Source: Candidatus Hermodarchaeota archaeon
GTDB taxonomy: Archaea > Asgardarchaeota > Lokiarchaeia > Sigyniarchaeales > SOKP01
Assembly: GCA_048885525.1 (NCBI GenBank)
Contig: JBHLLP010000026.1
Coordinates: forward strand, 1-47,391
Direction of reading: 5' to 3'
Length of the DNA stretch: 47,391 nt
The translations under genes were made by a program, and so were the position numbers. The notes below the pieces were generated by a model, which did not search any database, was not told where the DNA came from, and saw only the letters and a program-made list of their open reading frames with translations. Of this stretch, positions 30,026-39,250 are shown piece by piece (position 1 is the stretch's first letter; the number at the start of each line of letters is the position of its first letter).

Positions 30026-30273
30026 AAATGTTTTTTTATTTGTCCAATTATATTTTTAGCAATTATTTCTCAAGATAAGTCTCTCTTTTTAATTTTTAAT
30101 CAAAGTTTATTTTTCAAATTATAGATGAAAATTTCAATTTAGATTAAACTTAAAAATATAACAAATAATTATAGATCAAATTATAAAATTATAATAAGCA
30201 CTAAATAAGTATCCTTAGGTTAAATATACCACAACCAAATTGAAACATATAGCTTATAATCTGGTGATTTATA

Positions 30274-30846
30274 ATGGGCAATAACTCAACCACATCCCAA
30301 TTGTCATTTAAAGTAATAATTATTGGACCTGGTGCAGTAGGAAAAACAAGTCTATTAAATAGGTTCGTCCATAATGAATTTTCTTTAAAATACAAATTAA
30401 CAATTGGTGTTGATTTTTTAACTAAAATTTTGGAATACGAACCTGGAAAACTGGCAAAACTCCATATATGGGATATAGGGGGTCAAGAAAAATTTAAATT
30501 TCTCCATCGTAGCTTTTACGAGGGGGCATTTGGAGCATTAGTTGTATTTGATCTTTCAAGACATCAAACATTCTCAAGCATGAAAGAATGGCTTTCAGAA
30601 ATGCGGAGTATAGTAATTAATGATATTCCAAGCACAATAATAGGGAATAAATCAGATTTAATACCTGAAATTGGTCAAATCCTAGATAGGAAAGAAGTAG
30701 AACAGTTTGCAAAAAAAGAAGATTGTTTATATGTTGAAACGTCAGCAAAAACTGGTGATAATGTTGAAAAAGCTTTTCTTGAACTCACACATCGCATGGT
30801 AAAGAGAATGGGTAAACTAGTCAGCAAAAGTAAATCAGAATCATAA
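30274..30846 (+). CDS. Rab-like Ras-superfamily small GTPase
   Basis: G1 GPGAVGKT, G2 TIGVDF, G3 WDIGGQ, G4 NKSD, G5 ETSAK. No C-terminal Cys prenylation motif. Confidence 0.95.
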   Translation: MGNNSTTSQLSFKVIIIGPGAVGKTSLLNRFVHNEFSLKYKLTIGVDFLTKILEYEPGKLAKLHIWDIGGQEKFKFLHRSFYEGAFGALVVFDLSRHQTFSSMKEWLSEMRSIVINDIPSTIIGNKSDLIPEIGQILDRKEVEQFAKKEDCLYVETSAKTGDNVEKAFLELTHRMVKRMGKLVSKSKSES

Positions 30847-30985
30847 AAGGGACCAAAGAAAAAAGATATATAAATCTAATTTTTAGATTCTCCACAATCC
30901 AAATCTTAGCAAAATTATTAAAAGATTTATATCTATTTTAAACTTATTCTACAAATCAAAATTTTCGAATGTTTAAGTGATAATT

Positions 30986-32002
30986 ATGAATTTACCAGAA
31001 TTAATTACCATTGGAAGTAATACTTTAGATGTTATTATTGACATTGATGATATATTGCGTTTTGAATTACTGGATAAAGATATTATTAAAAAGTATACAG
31101 CAATTGAATATTCTCGCAAATTAAATGTTAAAAAGGTTAGATTTGTACCAGGAGGGTCAGGTGCTAATATTGCCGCAAATTGTTCAATGTTAGGATTGAA
31201 AAGTGCATATATTGGCATAATGGGAAATGATTTTTCGGCGGAAATTTGTTTAAATGATTTAAGGAAACGGGGTGTTGATCTTTCTCAAGTAATTCAAACT
31301 GAAAGAGACAGTACAGCTCTATCTATTATATTAAGAACTCCCTGGGGCAAAGATCGAAGTATTCTTGCCTATAAAGGTGCTAATAATCTATTGGAACCTT
31401 CAGATATTAATGAAGAATTATTTAGAGATATCAAAGCATTTGCTTGGACATCATTAACAACTGATAATGGGTGTAAAGCTATAGAGAAAGCGATAATACT
31501 AACAAAGGATAAAGATGGTATGGTTTTTGCTGCCCCTAGTATGTCAATAATTAAAAATGCTGCAAAATGGGCAAAAATCCTGATTTCCAATTCTGATGTA
31601 GTATCAATGAATTTGGAAGAGGCTCAAGAATTTACTGGAGAACCCAAAAAAACTCTTATGATTAAAAGCTTCCTAGATATGGGAGTTAAACTAATCTCTA
31701 TAACTGATGGTCCAAATGGTTCAATCATATCGGATGGTAAAATGATTATAAATAGCGGTGTTTATAGTGGGGGAAAAGAAGTACAAGATACTACTGGTGC
31801 TGGAGATGCATTTTTAACTGGCATTTTAATTTCTCGATTGAATAACTTTTCTCTTGAAAAAACATCGAAGATGGCTACTGCTATGTCTTATTTAGAGTGT
31901 TTAGAAGTAGGTGTTAGAGAAGGGTTGCCGAAAAGTATTCAAGAACTTGAAAATTTTATAATTAATAATACTATTAAACAACTTATATCTGAAATTGTAT
32001 AA
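30986..32002 (+). CDS. PfkB/ribokinase-family carbohydrate or nucleoside kinase
   Basis: Motifs GGSGANIA, G.D, N..EA, TDGPNGS and DTTGAGDAF. Confidence 0.92.
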   Translation: MNLPELITIGSNTLDVIIDIDDILRFELLDKDIIKKYTAIEYSRKLNVKKVRFVPGGSGANIAANCSMLGLKSAYIGIMGNDFSAEICLNDLRKRGVDLSQVIQTERDSTALSIILRTPWGKDRSILAYKGANNLLEPSDINEELFRDIKAFAWTSLTTDNGCKAIEKAIILTKDKDGMVFAAPSMSIIKNAAKWAKILISNSDVVSMNLEEAQEFTGEPKKTLMIKSFLDMGVKLISITDGPNGSIISDGKMIINSGVYSGGKEVQDTTGAGDAFLTGILISRLNNFSLEKTSKMATAMSYLECLEVGVREGLPKSIQELENFIINNTIKQLISEIV

Positions 32003-32070
32003 TAACTCAGATTTTCTAAGAATCATTAAATTTTAATTTTTTAAAATATTTTAAATATTATTAGGATTAC

Positions 32071-32142
32071 GCGCTCTTAGTATAGTGGTAAGTATGCCAG
32101 GTTGCCAACCTGGCGACCCGGGTTCAATTCCCGGAGGGCGCA
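32071..32142 (+). tRNA. tRNA-Gly (anticodon GCC)
   Basis: Acceptor stem GCGCTCT/AGGGCGC+A; anticodon arm CCAGG-TTGCCAA-CCTGG; T-arm CCGGG-TTCAATT-CCCGG. No intron and no encoded CCA. Confidence 0.97.
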
Positions 32143-32324
32143 AACTTTTAACTTTACTTTTTAAAGAGAATTCTTCTTGTAAGAAATTAAAATAATCTAA
32201 TATGTATTTTAAATGCAATTTTTAAATTAAATTTTAAATATAAATAAAAGAAATCCTTTTATGAAAGAGAAATCTAAAAAAAAGGATTGTTTATAATGTT
32301 AATCTATTTTAGGCTTAGTATGAA

Positions 32325-32845
32325 TTAGCCACCAGCGATGCAGAAGGTGCCACCAATCAATGGACCAATAAGTCCAAATCCAATATTAGTTAAAGTTAAA
32401 GAAATGCTTCCATATGGATCTTCATAAGTTAATATTGGATTAGAGAAGACTTCATAACTAAAACCTATCAACCATACGAAGAAAAAAATAGTAAGCATCA
32501 TTAAAATCCCACTTACTATAACAATACGATTTCTAAAATTTCTACGAGAAACTAACACCCCAATGATCAATGCGAGAATTCCGCCAATTAATACCCCAAA
32601 AAAACATATAACGAATTCAGAGCTACCTTCTGTAAGTTTAGCGTTAATATTACCATTAATATTAACCCGTATTTTATCTACCAATTCTTGACCCAAATTT
32701 GTGCTTCCAATCCAATATCCAAATATCCATAAATCTGCACTCTCTGTCAATAGGAAAAGGAAACCGCAGGAGTAGCTATCGATATGAGTGTTATAATATC
32801 ACCAATAATAGAAAAAACCCAATTATATTTTCTCCAATTAACTAT
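32325..32845 (-). pseudogene. Degraded ~4-TM membrane protein gene (frameshift near 32750, no ATG start)
   Basis: The upstream frame reads IVNWRKYNWVFSIIGDIITLISIATPAVSFSY* and joins ORF 32325-32750 (TESADLWIFGYW...GFGLIGPLIGG) by a frameshift. Confidence 0.55.
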
Positions 32846-33002
32846 TGGGTCTCAACTCTTATTAAATTTTTTTATACATATTTGTGTAATTGAAAATGTC
32901 ATTTGAAAATATTTAAATATTTGTTATTAAAATCATCAAATTTATCTGAAATTTTATTCTATTATTTAATATATTACTTAATTGAAATATTATAATTTTA
33001 AA

Positions 33003-33320
33003 ATGAATAAAATGGTAGATCTCCTTTATAGTATTGATATTGAAATTTTTGAAAATGATGGTAATTGCACTCGTCATAAAATAGGTGAAAAGTTCAATTA
33101 TCCCGAAGATAATGGTAAAATTTGCCAATGGTTATTAGATAGTATGAATTCAATGATCAGGGTACTTAAGTTTGGTGGTACTCTTCCATGGACATATAGT
33201 GATACTCCTTATGAAAAAAAAATTGATCCAAATGGAATTACAACGGAATTTGTACGATGCCCTGATCCTACTGCTAGAGTGGTTGCCAAAATTACACGAG
33301 TCCCGAATTCAAATGTATAA
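33003..33320 (+). CDS. TIGR04076-like small Cys-motif protein
   Basis: Pattern C..HKIGEKF, IC.WL, L.FGG.LPW and RCPDP...VVAKITR. Confidence 0.72.
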   Translation: MNKMVDLLYSIDIEIFENDGNCTRHKIGEKFNYPEDNGKICQWLLDSMNSMIRVLKFGGTLPWTYSDTPYEKKIDPNGITTEFVRCPDPTARVVAKITRVPNSNV

Positions 33321-34154
33321 TTAATCTGACCAGAAGTTACGGGCTAAATTTCGTCGCTTATTCCAGAGTTCATTTTTACCAGAAAATCCTATTATACCAG
33401 CTCCCTTGTCGGCATCTTCAATTTGCCACATTCCGCTAACAGCTCCCGTTAATGCACCAGACAACACTTCAAATCCTTGTGCGGTATATAAATCGCACTC
33501 AACACCACGATTAATAATGAATTTTAATTGACGCATACCTTGTTGATTCTTTGACCTTAAAACCTCAAGCAGTTTTTCGACTTCTAAATCAAGTTGATCA
33601 TTAGGAACAACACGATTCCATAAATTCCAATCAACAGCTCTTCTTGCCGAATGCAAGGCACCTAAAAGATTTATTTCCTTAGCACGACGCCTACCTATCA
33701 GTCTTGCTAAGCGTGTAGTTCCTCCCCAACCAGGAGTGATGCCAACATCGACTTCAGGCATACCCCATTTTGCTCTCTCTGTTGCAATAACAAAATCACA
33801 TGCCATTGTAATTTCCAGTCCACCTCCAACGGCATAACCATCGACAGCGGCAATAGTAATTTTATCTAATTCTTCTAACTGATTTGCCATGTTTTGATAA
33901 TAGCGAACACGACGAAAGATATCGTTTGCATTACCCCAATTCAACATTTCATTAATATCATCTCCAACACTGAAATTATCCCCAGCACCCTTAATTACAA
34001 GAAATTTTATATCTTTTGATTTGCGGATTTCTTCAATAGCATAAACAATCTCGTCTGAGAGTTGCATACTTAAAGCATTCAACACTTTTGGTCTATTTAG
34101 TGAAATCCAAACCACATTTTCTTTTTCTTCATATATTAGTTGTTCAAATTTCAT
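33321..34154 (-). CDS. Enoyl-CoA hydratase/isomerase (crotonase) family protein
   Basis: Motifs LNRPKVLNAL, FSVGDDI, IAAVDGYAVGGGLE, CDF and PEVDVGITPGWGGT; both catalytic Glu present. Confidence 0.93.
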   Translation of the reverse strand: MKFEQLIYEEKENVVWISLNRPKVLNALSMQLSDEIVYAIEEIRKSKDIKFLVIKGAGDNFSVGDDINEMLNWGNANDIFRRVRYYQNMANQLEELDKITIAAVDGYAVGGGLEITMACDFVIATERAKWGMPEVDVGITPGWGGTTRLARLIGRRRAKEINLLGALHSARRAVDWNLWNRVVPNDQLDLEVEKLLEVLRSKNQQGMRQLKFIINRGVECDLYTAQGFEVLSGALTGAVSGMWQIEDADKGAGIIGFSGKNELWNKRRNLARNFWSD

Positions 34155-34442
34155 AATAATTTAAGTTTCAATCGTATTGTTATTAAAGTTATTTTTCTCA
34201 TAGGTCATTCTCATTATGTTAATAGATACCATAAGTGATATTTCCTAGATAATATGAAGATACTCTCTTGGGAAATATAAAACAGCATGAAAGGTCTGTT
34301 TCACGAAGACAAATACAAATTTTATATATACAGATTTTAGAATTAGGTGATAGAAGAAATATTAATCAAAATCGACAAAAGTTAAAGAAAAAAAAAATAA
34401 AAATTTATTTTTACTTTTTTCTTTTTTTAAATTGAGCATAAG

Positions 34443-35531
34443 ATGGCTAGAAGTCAAGATTCTCCTTTCAATCCCATGGTAGGAAAACATGAACGAGCTT
34501 TTCTAGAATTCTGTCGAAAATATCCTGATCAGGTTGTTAAGTATGACGAATCATCAGTACAAGAAGGTTTTGCATATTTATTTAGTATTGGTTTTAATGA
34601 TACCATAGCTGGAGCAGAATCTTCACAAATGCATCCTATAAAAAGGATATATTTAGCTAGAAAGGAAGCAGGGGCGGGTCGTTCAACGTTTAAAATTATA
34701 CTTAGGTTTGGTCCAAAACTGATGAAAGGTAGGAAACGATGTTTTAGTGATTTAGCACCATATCTTCATGAAATTGAAAATTCCACATTTAAATCAGAGG
34801 AGCTCCATATCCCAACTTTGAATCTGAAGTTATGGCAAGAGCTTAATGAGTATGCTTCAGAGAAATGGGATATAATTAAGATTGGATTTACAGAATTACC
34901 GACTCAATTAATATTTAAAGAAAAATTTGTCCTTTTTCGCTATGCACTAATATTTATGCAAGAGATGATAAAAGAAAAAATTGATACTGCTCCCCTCCTT
35001 ACCGCGGGTACGGAAGTAATGCGGGTATATGCGACTTTAGGAGAAGCTGTTAATGATATTGCACGATGGTTACGAAAAAAAGGAGTACGTTGTCAAAGTA
35101 ATCACCCGCTTGGTGGCCTTGTCTGCACACCACCTCTCGCAGGTAAAGCAGGAATGGGTGGACAAGGAAGAAGTGGAATGCTTATTACTCCTGAGTTTGG
35201 TCCCCGTCAGCGATTAGCAACCATATTTATAGAAGAAAAAATCTTTGATTTTACTGACAATTATAACCACAATTGGATAGAGGAACAATGTAAGACATGT
35301 GGTTTATGTCAAAAAAATTGTCCTGCTAATGCTATTCATGAAGAAAAACGAATTACAATTGATAATATTCCTGGTATTGGTGCTATGCGCACATGTATTG
35401 AGAGAGAAAAATGCTTTCCATATTTTTTAAAAACTCAAGGATGTAGTATTTGTATTAAAGTCTGCCCCTTTTCAAATGGCAAACAAACTTATGAAAAATT
35501 AAAAAATTCAATAGCAAAGAGTAATTCTTAG
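34443..35531 (+). CDS. Reductive dehalogenase / epoxyqueuosine reductase (QueG)-like 2x[4Fe-4S] protein
   Basis: LA.KAGMG..GRSGMLITPEFGPRQRL, CKTCGLCQKNCPANAI and C...CSICIKVCPF. No Tat signal. Confidence 0.82.
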   Translation: MARSQDSPFNPMVGKHERAFLEFCRKYPDQVVKYDESSVQEGFAYLFSIGFNDTIAGAESSQMHPIKRIYLARKEAGAGRSTFKIILRFGPKLMKGRKRCFSDLAPYLHEIENSTFKSEELHIPTLNLKLWQELNEYASEKWDIIKIGFTELPTQLIFKEKFVLFRYALIFMQEMIKEKIDTAPLLTAGTEVMRVYATLGEAVNDIARWLRKKGVRCQSNHPLGGLVCTPPLAGKAGMGGQGRSGMLITPEFGPRQRLATIFIEEKIFDFTDNYNHNWIEEQCKTCGLCQKNCPANAIHEEKRITIDNIPGIGAMRTCIEREKCFPYFLKTQGCSICIKVCPFSNGKQTYEKLKNSIAKSNS

Positions 35532-35546
35532 TCACTCATCATATTC

Positions 35547-36386
35547 TTAAAGAAATCCTAAAAGATCTGTCACTCCACTAATTTTAGGGACTTTTACTTT
35601 AAAATAGTTCTGCACAATATCAATTAAAAATGAAAGATATGATTTCTGTATTCTTTCTCCATATTTTTCTAAGATATAATCAATAATTAATTTGGAAGTT
35701 ATTGCTTTCCCCTCTTTATTGTGAATAAATTCAGTAATGGAATTTGAAAATTTATAAGCTTTCTTTATCTCATTTCTTAGAATGATAACCCCTGCCATTA
35801 AATCATATTCTTTAAAAAATTTTTGTACCATTGCCAACTCGAATTCTAACTTCTTTAGATCAATTATTTTATCTTTATCTCTAACAATTTCACGTTTCTT
35901 AAAGACAACATGATTTTTGTATTCCTTTTTTTTATTGTTAAATTCTATTTCAGAAATAATTGTCAAATCAAATTTAAATGTATTTTCCATTATCGTTCTA
36001 AAAAAGTTAGTAATTTGATTATAGAGGAATTCTTGATCCGAAAGTAAAAGTACTTTCTTTCTCATAAGAATTGCTTTCATAATATAAGCCATTAATATAT
36101 CAGGGATATTCAACTTTACTAAATCGAATTTAATCATTTCTGTTTCTGGAGTGATAATTTCTTCAGATGTTTTACTCTCGGGGAGTTCTATTTTAAAATC
36201 AGCCACTAAACAATCTCTCACAACCAAATTTTTATCAACGTAGGCGATAAATGAATGTTCACATATCATTCCCGTAGCTATGTTAATTGCTAATAAACCC
36301 TTTGTCACATTTTTGGTGGCGTCATCTGAAATCTCAATATGTTCCCATTGTGAGCAAATTGGACAACGTATTTCGAGTCTCGCCAT
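35547..36386 (-). CDS. Hypothetical protein with N-terminal zinc ribbon (CPxC...CEH)
   Basis: CPICSQW...ICEHSFIAYVDKN..VR followed by an alpha/beta domain. Confidence 0.72.
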   Translation of the reverse strand: MARLEIRCPICSQWEHIEISDDATKNVTKGLLAINIATGMICEHSFIAYVDKNLVVRDCLVADFKIELPESKTSEEIITPETEMIKFDLVKLNIPDILMAYIMKAILMRKKVLLLSDQEFLYNQITNFFRTIMENTFKFDLTIISEIEFNNKKKEYKNHVVFKKREIVRDKDKIIDLKKLEFELAMVQKFFKEYDLMAGVIILRNEIKKAYKFSNSITEFIHNKEGKAITSKLIIDYILEKYGERIQKSYLSFLIDIVQNYFKVKVPKISGVTDLLGFL

Positions 36387-36494
36387 ACTTTAGCAAAAGA
36401 AGTATTTAAATTGATTTATTTATATTATAAATGTGGTGTTATTACTTAATAAATTTACACTAAAATAATAGCTAATTTAGATTAGAAGATATGC

Positions 36495-36974
36495 TTAATA
36501 CCTTTTAACTCGACCGTAATTTTTCTCTATTAAATTTGCTATAAGTAGGCAAAATATTGTGCTCAGAATTTCTGCTATTAAAAACGCTATGGTGTTATCT
36601 AAGAATATTAAAGAGATAAAGAAAATAATGAAGAAAAAAACAGTGAAAAAGATAAAAACTATTAATAACGGTTTAGTTACTGGAAAACTTAAGAATTTTT
36701 TTAAAAAAGAACTCTTGATTGTTGTTCTACGAAATCTACTCCTTAATTTTTCTCTTCTGTCAACTTGGGCATAACTTTCGAATATTATAAGAGTCGCATA
36801 GAATAATGCAACCCAAATCCCTATTGGAATTAAAATTACAACAACATGATTTCCCATCGCTAAGAAATATTGACCTAAATATATAAAAAATAATTGAAAT
36901 ATTCCAATCATTCCTAACAACAATAAACTATTTCCAAAGTATTCCTTTGAAGCCCAACGAATTCTTATTGGCAT
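36495..36974 (-). CDS. Hypothetical 4-TM membrane protein
   Basis: 159-aa ORF with two pairs of hydrophobic helices separated by a basic loop; begins 27 nt downstream of tRNA-Val. Confidence 0.72.
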   Translation of the reverse strand: MPIRIRWASKEYFGNSLLLLGMIGIFQLFFIYLGQYFLAMGNHVVVILIPIGIWVALFYATLIIFESYAQVDRREKLRSRFRRTTIKSSFLKKFLSFPVTKPLLIVFIFFTVFFFIIFFISLIFLDNTIAFLIAEILSTIFCLLIANLIEKNYGRVKRY

Positions 36975-37001
36975 AACAATCTAATTTTAATTTATTTTTA
37001 G

Positions 37002-37075
37002 TGGGCCCGGCGCGATTTGAACGCACGACCTTCCGCACGTCAAGCGGACGTCATACCGAGCTAGACCACGGGCCC
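37002..37075 (-). tRNA. tRNA-Val (anticodon GAC)
   Basis: Reverse complement: acceptor stem GGGCCCG/CGGGCCC+A; anticodon arm TCCGC-TTGACGT-GCGGA; T-loop TTCAAAT. Confidence 0.97.
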
Positions 37076-37303
37076 GAATTTTCAAAAATTGAAACTTTTT
37101 TGTATTAATTTGTGGTATTAAAAATAAATATTTTATTAATCCAATTATGAAACTCTGTAAACTATTTATTTTCAATACTTTAAATTTAGATCTTTAAATC
37201 TCAGATCATTTAATAAAATTACTTTAGAAAGCTCAATTGATTAAAATACCCTATTGGTTTATTTCTTCTAATAAAAAAAAAAATAAAAAGAGATTAATTA
37301 GAA

Positions 37304-37500
37304 TCAGATTACTCCAAGAAAAGCTAAGAAGTCCATCAAGTACGCAACAAAGAGCGAGACAGCAAAGATTAAGAATAGGGGTGTTTTCGTTAAGCAAGTG
37401 TAATTAGAATAACGATTACAGCAGGCATAGCTAAAATATAAGAGACCCATGCCATCATTTCGATCAATGATGCAATAGAGACTAAAAAGGTGGTATTATA
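37304..37500 (-). pseudogene. Relic 3' end of a membrane-protein gene
   Basis: Minus strand reads ...SIASLIEMMAWVSYILAMPAVIVILITLA, then after a frameshift TKTPLFLIFAVSLFVAYLMDFLAFLGVI*, followed by a T-run. Confidence 0.4.
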
Positions 37501-37782
37501 AACTTAGATGATTCTATAAGTATAATAGAAATTCTTAAAAATTTACCAACAATCAAAAATGCTGATAATATAAAGAATGGACGTTTTAATCATACTAGAT
37601 TTTTTCTAACAGAGGCTCAGTACCGTAAATGGTTAGAATTATATTTTGATCTAGCTATTAAATTTGATTTGGAAATCAGCAAAGAATATACTAAAAATCC
37701 TAATGTGGATAGACCCTATTATTTCTTTGCATTTATCCTGCCATTAAAATTCTATATAGAAATTCTTGGATCGAAAGTTTGA
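37498..37782 (+). pseudogene. Open frame of 94 codons without an ATG start; probable gene fragment or ATA-initiated small protein
   Basis: INLDDSISIIEILKNLP...FFLTEAQYRKWLELYFDL...RPYYFFAFILPLKFYIEILGSKV*, preceded by AGGTGGT. Absent from the ORF track. Confidence 0.45.
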
Positions 37783-37869
37783 TAATTATCACTTTATTAA
37801 ATGTTGATAACAGGATTGTCTGATTAAAAAGATTTTAAAAAAGAATAAAAAAATGAAAAGACTAACTTT

Positions 37870-39093
37870 TTAAGCTTTTTTCTCTCGTAATGCTCTAATC
37901 ATTGGTAAATCATTCCCAGAAAGAATTTCTAACATTGCTCCCCCAGCTGTAGATATGAAAGAAACCTCATCTGCTTTTCCTGCCATTGAGGCAGCAGCGC
38001 CCATTTCACCACCACCTATTATGGTTAGTGCCTTGTTTTTCTTTGTAGCCGCTACCATGGTATCTACAATTTCGTTAGTTGCCTTTCTAAAGACTTCTTT
38101 CTCAAATATTCCTGGTGGGCCGTTTGCGACGATAGTTTTACATTTCATAAGGATTTCATTAAATTTTTCAACTGTTTTTTGACCAACGTCTCCAGTTGTT
38201 GTATTATAAGTTCCTGCCTCGTCTATTCCGATAGTTTTTCTATTACCATTATCATCAATAATCAAATCTTCTGGGAGAATAATTTTTTCCTTATATTTCT
38301 CATAAGTATTCATTATCATATCCTTGTTTGCTTCTAAATCTTCAGCTATAATCTTATGGTTTGGCTCTCCCATATTTTTGCCTAAAGCTTCAAAGATTAA
38401 AATTGCAGTTAATCCTGAACATAAAGCGTAATCCAATTTTTCATTATCAAAATTATATTTCATTGCTTTAAATTTATCTATTGCTTTTGCTCCACCTATT
38501 AACATTGCCATCGGCTTTTCAGGTTCTTGCATTATTTTTTTTAATGCATATAATTCAGCATCAGTTATTGGTCCAGCCATCATTTTTGGCCATCCTACTA
38601 TTGATGCATGAGCTCGATGGGCCGCTCCAAAAGCGTCAACAATAACATAATCTACTAATGGATATAGTGTTTTTATCATTTCAGTATTTTCTGCTTCAGA
38701 GAAATCTTTATAATTTTTCATTTCTCCTTCAAATTTTCGAACATTATCAAGAACTAAAACTTCTCCTGGCTTAAGATCTTTAATTGCTTGAACTGCCTGT
38801 TGACCAAATATATCTTTAACAAATTTTACTGGACGACCAAGATGCTTTTCTATCTCTCTGGCATGTATATCTAAATCAGTAAAATCTTTATCTCCAGGTC
38901 GAGATTGATGAGCTAAAATAATAACAGCACTTTTCTTAAAGTATTCATTCAAAGCTGGTACGAGTGCGCGGATTCGAGGAGAATCTCTAATTTCCATTTT
39001 TTCTGTATCAATGTTTGAGTTGATATCAACTCTCATTAAAATTTTTTTTCCTTTTAATTTCACATCTTTATATGATGTATAATCAATTTTCAT
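37870..39093 (-). CDS. pgk: Phosphoglycerate kinase (archaeal type)
   Basis: Motifs RVDINS, LAHQSRPG, LDNVR, DAFGAAHRAHAS, GGAK, NGPPGIFE, IGGG and STAGGAMLE. Confidence 0.96.
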   Translation of the reverse strand: MKIDYTSYKDVKLKGKKILMRVDINSNIDTEKMEIRDSPRIRALVPALNEYFKKSAVIILAHQSRPGDKDFTDLDIHAREIEKHLGRPVKFVKDIFGQQAVQAIKDLKPGEVLVLDNVRKFEGEMKNYKDFSEAENTEMIKTLYPLVDYVIVDAFGAAHRAHASIVGWPKMMAGPITDAELYALKKIMQEPEKPMAMLIGGAKAIDKFKAMKYNFDNEKLDYALCSGLTAILIFEALGKNMGEPNHKIIAEDLEANKDMIMNTYEKYKEKIILPEDLIIDDNGNRKTIGIDEAGTYNTTTGDVGQKTVEKFNEILMKCKTIVANGPPGIFEKEVFRKATNEIVDTMVAATKKNKALTIIGGGEMGAAASMAGKADEVSFISTAGGAMLEILSGNDLPMIRALREKKA

Positions 39094-39250
39094 TTGTAAT
39101 TTCACTTTTATTTAGGATTTAAAATTGATATAACAGTAATTTATAATTATTTTGAGTAGTTATTATTTTTTTTCAAAAATTCGTAAAATACAAAATTTAT
39201 GTTATATTAATGATTTTTATAAAACTACATTAATTACATAAAGATTACAA

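Noticed and set aside
30274-30291. MGNNST N-terminus of the GTPase resembles an N-myristoylation motif
   Set aside because: N-myristoyltransferase is not an established archaeal enzyme, and the short pattern arises easily by chance.
32071-37075. Integrated element or provirus bounded by the two tRNAs
   Set aside because: No integrase, no viral or plasmid genes, and no direct repeat of either tRNA 3' end was seen.
36987-37175. 62-aa minus-strand ORF
   Set aside because: It runs through tRNA-Val and is a shadow ORF.
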